Source of the DNA: Octopus vulgaris | Taxonomy: Eukaryota | NCBI GenBank assembly: GCA_951406725.2 | Contig: OX597820.1 | Coordinates: 78,678,001-78,742,000, forward strand | DNA length: 64,000 bases | Direction of reading: 5' to 3' | Shown: one piece after another, positions 13,785 through 26,352 of the stretch | How the letters are laid out: every line of letters begins with the position of its first letter | Numbering within the stretch: position 1 is the first letter of the stretch | Program-made: the position numbers and the translations under genes | Notes under the pieces: generated by a model | Told to the model about the DNA's origin: nothing | Database searches by the model: none | What the model saw: the letters and a program-made list of their open reading frames with translations, nothing else

Positions 13785-13939
13785 TCCTTTGCATTCTGAC
13801 TTTTTGGGTGGCAGTAGTTACCGGTCAACGCCTGTTCATTAAATCGTTTGACCGATGGTCACTATGTTACTATCAATGCCCAATGTCCGCTTTTGGTATT
13901 AATCCTTTCGACTATTCGACAGTCTCGGAGTCCCTAAAA

Positions 13940-14540
13940 TCATGGTTTCAATCTTTTGGCACAAAACCTGCAATCTTCGGACAAGGTCAACAATTTCGGG
14001 CTGGTGGCCTTGTGCCATCCCAAAAGGATGAACTGTAAAGTCGATCTCAGTGCAATTTGAACTCAAGACGTAAAGAATCGGAATAAATGGCGGTAAGCTT
14101 TTTCTCCGTTACACTAATGATCCTGCCGGCTGGTCACCTTTTAATAATGATTTAAAACTTCGGTACAAGTCCAGCAATTCCGAGGGGATGGGCTAAGTCG
14201 ACCCCAGTATTCAACTGGTGTTTATTTCAGGGACCCCGAAGCGATGAAAGGCAAGGTCGACTTCGGAGGAATTTGAATTGAGAACGCAGTGTCGGAAGAA
14301 ATTCCGCTAAGTAATTTATCCGGCATGCAAACGATTCAGCCAGTTAGCTGTCTTCTAATAACTATTTCAAGTTTTGGCACACCATCCCCAGTTCTTCGGA
14401 GCAGCATTATTTTATCGACCCAGGAAGGATGAAAAGCAAAGATGACATCAGCAAGGATACGAAATCAAAAAGTAAAGCAGCAGAACACATATTACAATGC
14501 ATTTTTTCTGACGCTCTAACCATTCTTCCACCTCACGCAA
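13940..14540 (-). mobile_element. Three tandem degraded SINE family B copies
   Basis: Repeated ggatgaa...aagtcga...atttgaa blocks near 14030, 14240 and 14430. Confidence 0.7.
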
Positions 14541-14595
14541 CCTTGGGTCCCTAAAATGAAAGGATCTTGGACAGGCGTTGCTTTTCCTTCCTTTA

Positions 14596-15522
14596 TCTAC
14601 TACATATGTGGGTATGGGTAATTCTGTCTGTGAGTGTGTTTGTGGAGTTTTTAGCTAACTCTTCCTACATCGTTTTATCGATTTTGATGAAACTTGACAC
14701 GTGAATAGAACTCATGTCTGGAAACTTCATGTGCAGATTGTTGAAAAACTCGATAATAGGGCCCCTGGAAGGGATCCTTATATATATATATATATATAAT
14801 ATATATTTTATTGTAAAAGCCAAGGGAAATAACCCATTCGCCCCTGGAAGGGATCCTTGTACATAGCCAAGGAAAATAGCCCATTTATTTTCCTAAATTA
14901 TTTGGTATAAATCAAATTGAGTATCCTTATTTCTTAGTATCTGAACTGTTAGAGTTATTTTCGCAATTTATCCAGTACAACCCTTAAACAAGTAAACAGT
15001 ATTTTCCTAAACAATAGATCCACTTATTTCGGTTTGTGACTTATTCTCGAATATACCAACACTAGCCCCCCTGAGGGAAATATTCTCTGGAAACGCACAA
15101 AAGCCCTTTTCAGAGTTATTTACTTTGAATTGTTATTATCTCATATCTGATTAGCCTGTTATTACGTAACATGCTTCACGATTTTAGTATACATACCTTA
15201 TTAGTATTTCCTCCTCTGTTCTATATACTCTGGGAACGCATTAAAGCCCTTTTCAGGGCTACTTTATTTGAATTCTTACTATCGGTTAACTAATTTCATG
15301 TTATTACATAACTGACATCACAATTTGGGTATTCATAACTTATTGGGAATTCCTAAAAACAAGATCCTGTGTAAGACATTTCGGTATTCTCTGTAAATGC
15401 ACAAAAACCGTTTTAAGGGCTACATACTTTATAGTGTTGTTACTGGATTAGCGAAGCAATTATGAGAACGGAACCATGGGATGAGCCCCGCTTTCCCAGG
15501 AATTACTGGGTACGTCAGCTAG
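14596..15522 (+). mobile_element. Non-autonomous Helitron-like element
   Basis: Starts A|TC; ends with hairpin cccag-gaatta-ctggg then CTAG|T; no TSD; internal short direct repeats. Confidence 0.65.
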
Positions 15523-16311
15523 TTATGCAATAAAAGAAATATTACTCTCTCATAACTTGTCAACATTCGCTATTTGCCAACGCGAAACAAGAATATTTTC
15601 TTCAAATCTTGTTATTTTCTTTCATATTATCAAAATTATGTTACTGCTTCAATTCTCTTAGAGTTTAATAACTCAAAATATTTTATTTTTAGAGAATTTT
15701 ATTTAATATTTAATTTTAAAATGCACGAACTGCAATGGATTTTGTATACATGTGTCTGTGTGTGTATGCATGCATGTATGTGTGTTATGCATTTGTTCTG
15801 TATGTTTATAAATATTTGTTAATTTTAATAACCAATATAGTAAAACCAGCCTGAAGCAAGTTTATCACAAGATTTTAATACAATTCCATCAAGAAGAAGA
15901 AAATATTTCGAGATCTGAAACAGACCAATCAAGATTTTGTAGTGTTTCAGGTTGCATATTAACATTCTTTTTCAATATTAAAACTGGAAATGAGCATATA
16001 CACGCATGGACACAACATACAAATAAAGCATACATACACACAGATATATATATATATATACACATAACTGCTAATATCGAACAGTAAGAATGAGCGCCCA
16101 ACACCACATTGGTGGATAAATATGCTTTATTTGTGCGTTAAGAAGTCAACCAATTGTTTGATGTAAAGAGGAATCTCTTAACAATTTCCAAACCTGCTAC
16201 ATATGGGAACGTTGGTGCTCAATAGATTTGCACTTTACAAAAATATAAAGTAACCCATCAGATTAATGTCAATTTTGAACTACAACTAAACATAGAAACA
16301 AGCATGTAGGC

Positions 16312-16416
<105 letters not shown>

Positions 16417-16599
16417 GGCAGGTAGGCAGGCAGGTAGGCAGGCAGGTGGACGGACGGACGGACGGGCGGACGGATGGATGGATGGATAGATAAACCCATG
16501 CACATTCACACGGGTATTGTACCGAAAGTAATGCAAAAGTCGACTTAACTGTTTTTTTAATAACTGACATTATTGGTCAAGTAACTTTTCTTTTGTATT

Positions 16600-16790
16600 G
16601 GTTTCAAATTTTGGCACGAGGCCGGCAATTTAGGGGAGTGGGTAAGTGCTCAACTGCAACTTATTTTATCGACCCTGAAAGGATGAAAAATAAGGTCGAC
16701 TTTGGAGGAATTTGAACTCTGAACGTAAAGACCGACGAAATGCCGCTAAGCACTTTGCCTGGTGTGCTAACGATTCTGCCAAACCCTTCC
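16600..16790 (-). mobile_element. SINE family B
   Basis: ttttatcgaccctgaaaggatgaaa...ggaatttgaactctgaacg...gtgctaacgattctgcc. Confidence 0.85.
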
Positions 16791-16819
16791 TATTCTTCTT
16801 CATTGTCAAAAAATAACGG

Positions 16820-17390
16820 GTTCCAAGCCGAACCAAAGCATGTCATTGAATTCTTGACAAAGGAGGGGGACAGGCTATCCGACATGAACAGAAGGCTACA
16901 GTTTGTTGTTGTTGTTGGTGGTGTTGTTTTTACAGAGATAACACCATTGACAAGAGCAATGAATGCAGCTGAGGGAAAGGCTTAAGGAAAGGGGAAGCCA
17001 GCATTAAAGACAAATCATGCAATGTGGGGCCATCAGTTGCGACCATTGACATGCGTTGACAACAAATGAAAAAATGGATTTGCGCGAGAAGAGGATTTAC
17101 AGTCCATGAGTTCGCTTTACAAGACTATGGTCATAATACGTTATAGAAGTCGGGAAACTTTGGATATCAGAAGACGTGTGCAAAATGAGTACTGCACCAA
17201 TTGAGAACTAATTTAAAAGAGACAATTGTGGAAGTCTGTTATGATTTGCTTCCGTTTGTCTAGAAATTGAGAAATGAAGAAGAAGAGGAAGAGGTGTTAA
17301 CACAGAGGAAGAGTTACTCGGCCAGCAATTTCAGTTATTAAAAAACAAAGTTAGGTCCAGATTTGCATTACTTCGTCTACAATCCTAGTG
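16820..17390 (+). pseudogene. Degraded mariner transposase (N-terminal HTH region)
   Basis: KHVIEFLTKEGDRLSDMNRRLQ, then GYQKTCAK*VLHQL (cf. mariner GYRKVCARWVPxxL); stops and frameshifts. Confidence 0.65.
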
Positions 17391-17420
17391 AGTGTATATA
17401 TATATATATATATATATATA

Positions 17421-17790
17421 TTTCTGTAGTTTCAGCTCATAGCTGCGGCCATGCTGATGTACGGCCGTTTAGCTACACTGTTATTACTGAGAGCCTCCTC
17501 CAATATGTGGACACTTGGTGAATAATGGAGGTTGATGTAGCTATCCTCATTTGCACCTCTTGCCGTGAGGTAGGCTCATCTGGGACTCTCGACAGGAAGA
17601 GGTCCAGCTTTGATTTAAAACGCCTACATCTACTTTGTAGGTTCCTCAGGCTCTTTGGGAGAATATTAAAAAGCTGTGGGCCTCTGAAACCCAGGCTGTT
17701 GCAGTAACTAGTCCTGAAGCGCGATGGCGTTGCTGGGATCTTTGGCACTATGTAGTGTCGTCTCGTTCTGGCATTGGTGTAGCTTTCAGT
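17421..17790 (-). mobile_element. CR1-group LINE 3' end (ORF2 C-terminus + 3' UTR)
   Basis: NSLGFRGPQLFNILPKSLRNL...FKSKLDLFLSRVPDEP, then a short UTR with a stem-loop. Confidence 0.75.
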
Positions 17791-18044
17791 GCTTGTTGTA
17801 ACATATGGTGCGGAGCCGATCATCTCATCGGTGTCAATGGAAATTGCTTGGTCATCATCTGTGGTGGTGGTACTGGGACCGCCGGATACATCCTCTGTGT
17901 CGCTGTGTCCTGGACTGGTCATCATCTCTAGGTGTGGCGATTGTACTGGTGGTAATATATGGTGCGGGGCTGGTCATTCTCTCGGTGTCCATTATAATGG
18001 TTTGTTCATCACCTGTGGCAGTGGTACTGGGGTCGTCGCTTACC

Positions 18045-18188
18045 TCCGTCAACTAAATTCACTCACAAGGCATTGGCCGACCCGGAGCTAAAGAAGTCAC
18101 TTCCGCCAGGATACCGCACAGTGGAACTGAACTTGAAAGCAAGGGGTTGCAAAGCGAGCTTGTTAACCACATAACCATGCTTGCGCCT
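18045..18188 (-). mobile_element. SINE family A, 5' half
   Basis: cactcacaaggcattggcc...gtggaactgaac...ttaaccacataaccatgcttgcgcct. Confidence 0.75.
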
Positions 18189-19050
18189 ATACCAACCTAA
18201 CACAATGCGAAACTATGATGCGAACAACGTAATACTAGACGTGTATACTAATTATACTTGTCACTCGTTTTTACGAGACGCGCAGCTTAATGTAGAAGTG
18301 TCGTTTTGGTGAAACCTGTCATTGACTCAGTTAAAGTAAGTATTTATTGTTAATCAATAAAACCCGAGGAATATGTAAAAATATATTTTGATTTCTTTAT
18401 TTTCGTTGACATATTTTAATGAAACAAAGTTTCAAATTATAAAATTTAATTTCAGACATCGTCTCAAAGGAAGAAAAAACAATTTGATAAGTACGGTTGG
18501 GCAGAATTTTAAAGCTACATAAGTAGATTGGAACGAATAAAGTAGATGTGTGGAGAGAAGTTGATGATATATAGCATATATATTGAACAAAATAGATATG
18601 CACGTATATGTGTGTGTGTGTGCTTAAATATTTGAAAATATACAGTTTTATATATACATATGAGTGGATATGTGCGTGTGTCTATGTACATATATGTGTG
18701 TGGCTGCAAATGCATACTTCCATTTATATTTATGTATATATATGTGTGTGTGTATTTATGAAACAATATTGTGATGTATGTGAATATATGTGTGTGTATA
18801 AACACACACACATATATATATATATGCATACATACATACATACATACATACATACATACATACATACATACATACATACATACATACATACGTACATGCA
18901 TGCATACATACATATATACATACATATATATATAAATATATATATACATACATACTATAGTAATGTGGTAGTAAGGGAGAAAAGTATTGCAAATATGTTC
19001 CACTATTTTCTCCTCTTGCCTTCGCGGTTGTATATATATACTTATATTTA

Positions 19051-19091
<41 letters not shown>

Positions 19092-19230
19092 TAGATAGAT
19101 AGATATAGATATAGATATATGTATATATAGATATAGAGATATATTGATATATATACATATATCGATATATATATATACACATGCATACACTCATATATAG
19201 AAAAATATTATATACGAATATAAATGTAGG

Positions 19231-19263
<33 letters not shown>

Positions 19264-19300
19264 GCATGCATACATACATATATATGTATATATGTGTGTT

Positions 19301-19382
<82 letters not shown>

Positions 19383-19454
19383 GTGTATGTATGTATTTAT
19401 ATATTCATGTCTGCAGATATAGATATATATATAGGTATGTTACGCATGGATATC

Positions 19455-19495
<41 letters not shown>

Positions 19496-19757
19496 CGGTG
19501 TGTGTATGTGGGTAGTTGTATGTGTGTTTGTGGGTGTGTCTAAATGTATAAATGAATATTATATATGGATAGAAATCGATATATAGATATCTGAATTATA
19601 ACTGACATATTACATGTTTTCCTGTTTCATGTTTCTGTATATATTCATGAATCATATTTTCTAACCCTTCTCCCTCCAATATATATATACATGTGTGTAC
19701 GCTGTCTCACTTTACGTACACCGATACCCCCACATACAAACACATACACTCACACAA

Positions 19758-19792
<35 letters not shown>

Positions 19793-21783
19793 AATATATA
19801 TTTACATATACATATATGTAATCTTTTGTCTGTGCGGTCAATATTTGTATATATTTGTCTTATTTGTTGGACAGTAGAATATACATATTAATATATATAA
19901 ATGTTATAGGTAAAGAAAATACAAAAAAATACACTATAATATCTGGGTTACGTCAATAATAATAATAGACAAAAAAAAGCAACAAAGAATTAGTTCACTC
20001 TCTACTTCGGCAAGTTTATTTGGCTGCTTCTAGCGCTAATGTTTGTAGTTCTGCCTTGTTCAAAGTAGCTATTTTATGTTGCAAAGTTAACCCTATAATG
20101 ATATTGTGACATAGCAACGCTACTAGATATTTCTGGTGCCACAAGCCGTCACAAACCGCTAGTACTGTCCTATTTCGTCCTATTCACTGTTGAGTTTGTT
20201 GATCTGTGTTCATACTTGCTATGGATTCTATCCGACATTTTCTTCCATTTTTTATATTGGCTTTTACCATTCTTATTTTCTGGTTCTGCCAAGATTATTC
20301 CACTCTCTCTTTTCTTCATATTCTTTTTTTCTTTAAATTTTTGCCAAATTTTTGCCAAATTTTTGCTTTGCTATTCTGCTCTCGTCTCTTCTCAAAATGT
20401 CCCTCAAGAATAAGAGGTGACATCGATAATTCAATTATAATATTTTGGACTATCGATTTCTGCTCCAGAAACCACGATGTCTTTTTAATATATTTATAAA
20501 TACATTTATTCGAACACCGTGTTGAACTATGAATATTGCTTCCATCATTAATCGTCTATATCTGTATGGAATTCTCCAGAGTGTAGACATGTTATTTACT
20601 CTTCACGCTAATCAGATTGACTCTGCTTAGTCTAGAGGTAGCAGCACACGCTAACGGCACTGCATCCAAGGGAGGGAACTATGAAGGTCTAGAAAATTGA
20701 ATGATCATCTTGGAACTTTTACAACTCCAGACAAACTGTAAGGAATTTGTATAAACATTTTAGAAACAAAAATACTTTATTAATATAAAATTTCGCGACT
20801 GGATTTTACTGATTTTCAATATGGCCATTGTTGTACTAATATAACATAGAGAGAAATGAATAAATAAATTTTATAGTTTATATTGCGAATATTTAAAATA
20901 AATAACGATGAAAATATGAGAGGAGTAAAGATTAATGTTGTTATTAAATTAAATAAAATATATCATTGATGATGGCTTATATAGCGCGCTTAAATTCCAC
21001 AAAGCCATTCAAGCAAATCAACTCATAGTTTATAAATAAAAGATTTGCATCAAACTTCAGTCAAATTTGCATCAAACTTTAAAATGATCTGATTTTAAGA
21101 ATAGCAGCGAATATCAGGCGAAAGAAGTGTTAATTTTGCTTTTTTTTTTTTTACTTTTTCAAAGAAATACTTGCGAAAATGAGGTGCGCTTTATAAGCTC
21201 GAACATCTTATAGGCTGTCAAACACAATAGTTTTAAATAACCATTTATGTAGCATACTTAATATATACACGCACTTTTGATAGGCCAGTTACTGTTGTAT
21301 TTGCCCCGTAATAACATTTCTTATGAATTTACTGAGTTAAAAGTGCCATAAATATCAGAATGCATTAAATAAGATACATAGGTTGCTATTTTAAATTAAT
21401 ACTTCCTCGGTTGCGTAGACGGTAGTTTCAAGCTAATATTTACATCTACATTCTGAGTTCAAATCCTGCTGAAGTCAGCTTTGCCTGTCATTATTCTGAA
21501 ACCAATAAAATATCTATAACATACTAGTGGAAGATTTAATTCACTAATACCCTCCACCAAAATGAATACTTATTTATCAAAATTAGAGATCAATAGTTAC
21601 ATCTATTTTTCATGGATTAGTCATGTACGGAAGGTCAGTGCCCACCATTTTTTCCAGAACCTCGAGTTTGGTGGGGAAAATAGGGGGGGGGCATCTTTAG
21701 ATTGGAGATCTGATTCTAACGCTAAAAACCAGAGAAGCCTCCGATAAAGACACGTAAGTGGGAAGTAGTGACATTAAACCAGT

Positions 21784-21930
21784 GAGAACAAAAGCAACAT
21801 CTCCATCCGAGATCAAAAACAATCTCTCCATCCGAGAACAAAAACAACCTCTCCATCCGAGAACAAAAACAACCTCTCTATCCTAGAACAAAAACAACCT
21901 CTCTATCCTAGAACAAAAACAACCTCTCCA
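21784..21930. repeat. 25-bp minisatellite, ~5.9 units
   Basis: Unit (g/t)agaacaaaaacaacctctc(c/t)atcc, contiguous with no spacers. Confidence 0.95.
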
Positions 21931-22524
21931 GCTGGCTTTCATAGGACCGTCAACCAGATTTCACTCGAAAGTCTTTGACCGACCCAAAATGTAAAAGATA
22001 TTTGCCCGAGGTGCCATGCAGTGAAATTAAACTGAACACCACTTATTTGGGAAGCGAACTTAACTTCACAACGTCACCTAGGCCCCATATCAGGTTTTGG
22101 GCTTTATATCTTAAATCGCCATTGGATGTGTACGTAGTACCGGACATGATATCAATAAGGGACCTTTGATATTTATGTTGATGGTCAATCTTGATCCAAA
22201 TGACCTATGATCAACAGTATCCAAATGATGATCCGGTGCCTTCCGTTTTAAGGACAGCTTGTACCCTGGACTACATTATTTAATGAAATATGGCAGAATA
22301 TAGTTAAAGGAGATTTAGCAGCTATTATTCTTTCCGCATGTCGAGTGACCACTTAGCTATTCACTTCGCTGTCTCGGAAGTGAGAAAGTTTTTATTCATT
22401 ATATTCAACCATCAATATTTTCCTCTAAAATGGAATTTTCCAGTCAATATATACTGTGATACTTCCCACTAAAATACACACGTTCAATAAAGTAAGTCTA
22501 GCTCAATGTCCAGTCCTTGCTGTA

Positions 22525-22720
22525 GTGTGGTAGCCTGTGTGCCTAAGTGACCATGAGAGCTATACCAGCGGAGTGCCAGATGCTAATAGGGTCTCCTATG
22601 CTGGACAAGTCGAAAGATAGAAACAGACAAATGGGACAAACTTCTTCCCAGAGATAAAAATGGATTCGCTTAGAGCCAATACCCTTACCTAGAAATAAAC
22701 AAAGTTACTGAACCAACTAT
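22525..22720 (+). mobile_element. RTE-type LINE 5'-UTR-like fragment
   Basis: gtgtgcct.agtgacc..gagagcta...tagggtctcc.atgc...cagacaaa...gccaataccctt resembles RTE/Expander 5' UTRs (recall only). Confidence 0.4.
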
Positions 22721-22889
22721 GGCGATTCAAGAGTAACAGGAGCTGCGAGAGGGGGAGGACCCAGAGTCGAGAGCAGTGGATAAAAGACCACGATGGCCTT
22801 TGGTCCTTAGAGAGCATTTGTGTATGATGCTCTACCGATCCTGCCTATCCACTGCTATTTTAATAATTGTCCCTAATTTAGATAGAAGG

Positions 22890-23045
22890 CAAGAAATCTT
22901 AGACGCGTGGGTATTAGTCGAGTCCATTGACTTTATTTTTATCTACCTCGACAGGATAAAAGAAAAACCGACCTTGGTGGAATTTGAACTTACAGAGACG
23001 GAACAAATGCTAAGAGCATTTTATCCAACATTCTAACGATTTCTG
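22890..23045 (-). mobile_element. Degraded SINE family B
   Basis: aggataaaagaaaaaccgaccttggtggaatttgaact. Confidence 0.7.
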
Positions 23046-23822
23046 TTAATATACTGCACTATAATTGAAATAAAACTCATGAAGCTAAAACGCGGCCAAT
23101 CAAAGACCACAGAATATTAGTATTATCGGTTGGAGTCATATAATACTTTATATCTCAAATAAGACTTTACATCTTATAATAGAATGTTCTATAATAGGAA
23201 TGGTCTTGAGATGGCAGAATAGTTATTAGTTCCAGCTTTTTACGGACTGCGTTCGTCTATTGTAATATTGTTGCTAAGCTGTATTAGCCTTTGCCTTTTC
23301 TTTGAAGCATTGGTGGTGTAGAGAGGGGTGACATGTTGCATGGGTAACTGCTGGTCGCACATAAATAAAGACCTTGCCTACGTAGGAGGAAATTAACTGC
23401 GTTAAGTTTAGAGACATTCAAGTAAGCGATGTAATCAATTAGTTAGGTGCTGTAGAGTGTAAGTGTTAACCGTAAAGTCGATGAAAATTTGCTGGTACTT
23501 TTGCCAGGGTGGAAAGTTTTTTTTCTTTTTTCTTTCTGTTCTTTTTTTCTTTTTTCTTTCTGTTCTTTTTTTGTTTTTCTTTCTTGAATTATTTTATTCT
23601 AGGTTCGATAGTTGAAAAACAAAAAAGAAATAGTATGATATGTCAGCGATGTCCAGTGAGTCGATAGCCACCATATTGGCACACCGTCCGGCGGTGTACA
23701 TGCAATGTTTTTTTTTAACTTGTAATAATGTATAGTTTCTTTACTTCGCGTTCCACCCTGAAAAACAATTTATTTCATGTTTCCTATAACTTTTTATGAC
23801 ATGGACCATACACACACACACA

Positions 23823-23880
<58 letters not shown>

Positions 23881-24417
23881 TATATATATGTATATGTATG
23901 TATGTATGCATGTATGTATGTGTGATGGACTGGATATCACTACTGAGGTGTATACTGGTGTTTGTATGTCTGTGGCAGCGTCAGAATAGTAGTGGATTAG
24001 AAGACTTTATCGGCTCCATAATGGTATAAATAAAGACGTTTTAATATCGATGAAATATTTGATGTTGTGATATGGTGCAGTGACCTTACCAGTGAAGTAC
24101 CATAAATAGTAGTCAGGTGGTTTAGAGACACAAACAGTTCAAAAGTGGAATAAATTGGTTTATGGTGAAGAAGACGGAACGGTGTAAATCCGTTGCTTTG
24201 GCATGACAGGCCGTACGCACTAATTGCCGACGCAGACCGCCACTAGTTTCTTCAGATCTTTATGTTTATAGAGTAAATATAATTCACTCTACAATTTTTC
24301 TTCTCATTTTCTTTGTGTTGGTTCTTAGTCGTGTTAGATAATATAGCAAATCTACCCACACACGCGTGTATTATCCTGTATTTGTATGTATATATGTAAA
24401 TGTACATATATAGAGAG

Positions 24418-24474
<57 letters not shown>

Positions 24475-24899
24475 CCGCATCCGCATCACTGTTCATATTC
24501 TTATAGACAGTGAGTATCACTGGTATTTCTCCCGTGAAATAAATCCACGCTGGAACGCTACTTAGTCAACACATAAAGCGCGACGGGCCACGATCGTGGC
24601 CCAGATGCATTTAATTTATGGGCGTTTGTTGGGAGTCTCATGTCATACAAACGCTCCGATAATCCCCTAGAGTTCAAGAGGACTAATAGTTCAACTAATG
24701 ACTTTTCAGATGATGTAAAACTTGCCACCATTATATACTAAGAAGATATTTTAACTATTTTTTGTTTTTTATGTGTGCGTAGTAGTCTCATTTTCATTAA
24801 ATGTGCTCAGCAGTCCATGCTATGTAAGTGCAAATAACAGCGTTTTACGGGTTAATGACCTGGTTATTTAGAATCCCATTAGATCTCCCATTACTTTAT

Positions 24900-25105
24900 G
24901 TGTGTATGTGTGTGTGTCTTTTTGTATTTGTATTTATCTCCAGCACGACTTGACAACCGGTATTGGTTTGCTTATGTCCCCGTAACAGAGCACTACAATA
25001 AGTACCAGACTTAAAAAATAAGTACTAGGATCGATTTCTTGGACTAAACTGTTTACAACCGTGCCCCAGCATGGCCGCAATCCAACGACTGAAACAAGTA
25101 AAAGA
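24900..25105 (+). mobile_element. SINE family A, 3' half
   Basis: cttgacaaccgg...gtgccccagcatggccgcaatccaacgactgaaacaagtaaaag. Confidence 0.85.
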
Positions 25106-25558
25106 AGATTTTAAAAATGGCTAAAATTTGAAATCTAGAATTAAACAATGTTTGCACACTCCAGAAAGAGGATAATGCATAATAATCAGCAAAACACACT
25201 AGCCTTACCAGCGTAATCATCCCCTCATCCAGACGATGATCCCAGGAAGGTCTAGAAGTATTGACGCTTGGTTTGAAAATTTTACGGTTCGAAACAAACT
25301 GCAAGGCATTTATATGTAAACTTGAAAAGCCTCCATAGAAATAGTAAAGTAGGGTTAAAGTGTAAAATGCTGACTAAGTGAATGGGTTTATACGAAGTGA
25401 GCAGAGTATATTTTGTTTGGAAACTCATATATGTGTCGATTAAAAACCCGTATATACTTTTATTCAGCCAGACATATACCAGCCTAAATTCAGACATTCA
25501 AATATAGATGTAAAGATTTAAATTATAGCTTATGGATACAATTATATGCACACACAAT

Positions 25559-25603
<45 letters not shown>

Positions 25604-25760
25604 CATGCATACACAAGTGCACACACATAAGCATACAAGCACATACGCACACGAATATGTACATATTCATAAATATATATACATATATATACATACACAA
25701 GTACACAAACACATATGCATACGAATACGTATGTATACACACACACACATACACAAACAC

Positions 25761-25836
<76 letters not shown>

Positions 25837-26352
25837 GTATATGCGTGTTTATGTAAACGTATGTTTATTTATATATGTGTGTGTGTATATAAATATATAG
25901 ACACAGACATATACATATATATATAAGCGACACATATATATGTGCGTATGTTTTTATATATATATATATATATACACACACACATTACGCCACATTATAC
26001 TGAAAGAAAATGGAACTAATTTTATATTCAATAGCGATATGAATTGTTATGCCGCTTATCAGTTCAACCGATAATTCAACTTTATTGAATTCAAATATTC
26101 CGGATACAAAATATCGAAACCATTTCAAAAAAATTGATCTTTCCAACTTATTTATTTTTTAAAAAATTGTCTGGTATATTATTATGTTTATTTGCTGACC
26201 GATCGGAATACACATCGCCTCTTCAATTTTCAAACATTAACCATTTATTTCTTAACCGTTAGAATATTCCCTTTATTTTTCTTAAAACCTTTCGTATGAT
26301 TCTTGAAACTACACATGATCCCCTCTTTGATTACCTTTCCTTCACTCTATAC

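Noticed and set aside
21043-21079. Duplicated octamer ATTTGCAT in a 15-bp direct repeat
   Set aside because: Explained by a small local duplication in AT-rich, probably transposon-derived DNA; no supporting promoter context.
21784-21930. CRISPR-like repeat
   Set aside because: Units are contiguous with no unique spacers; eukaryotic context; no cas genes.
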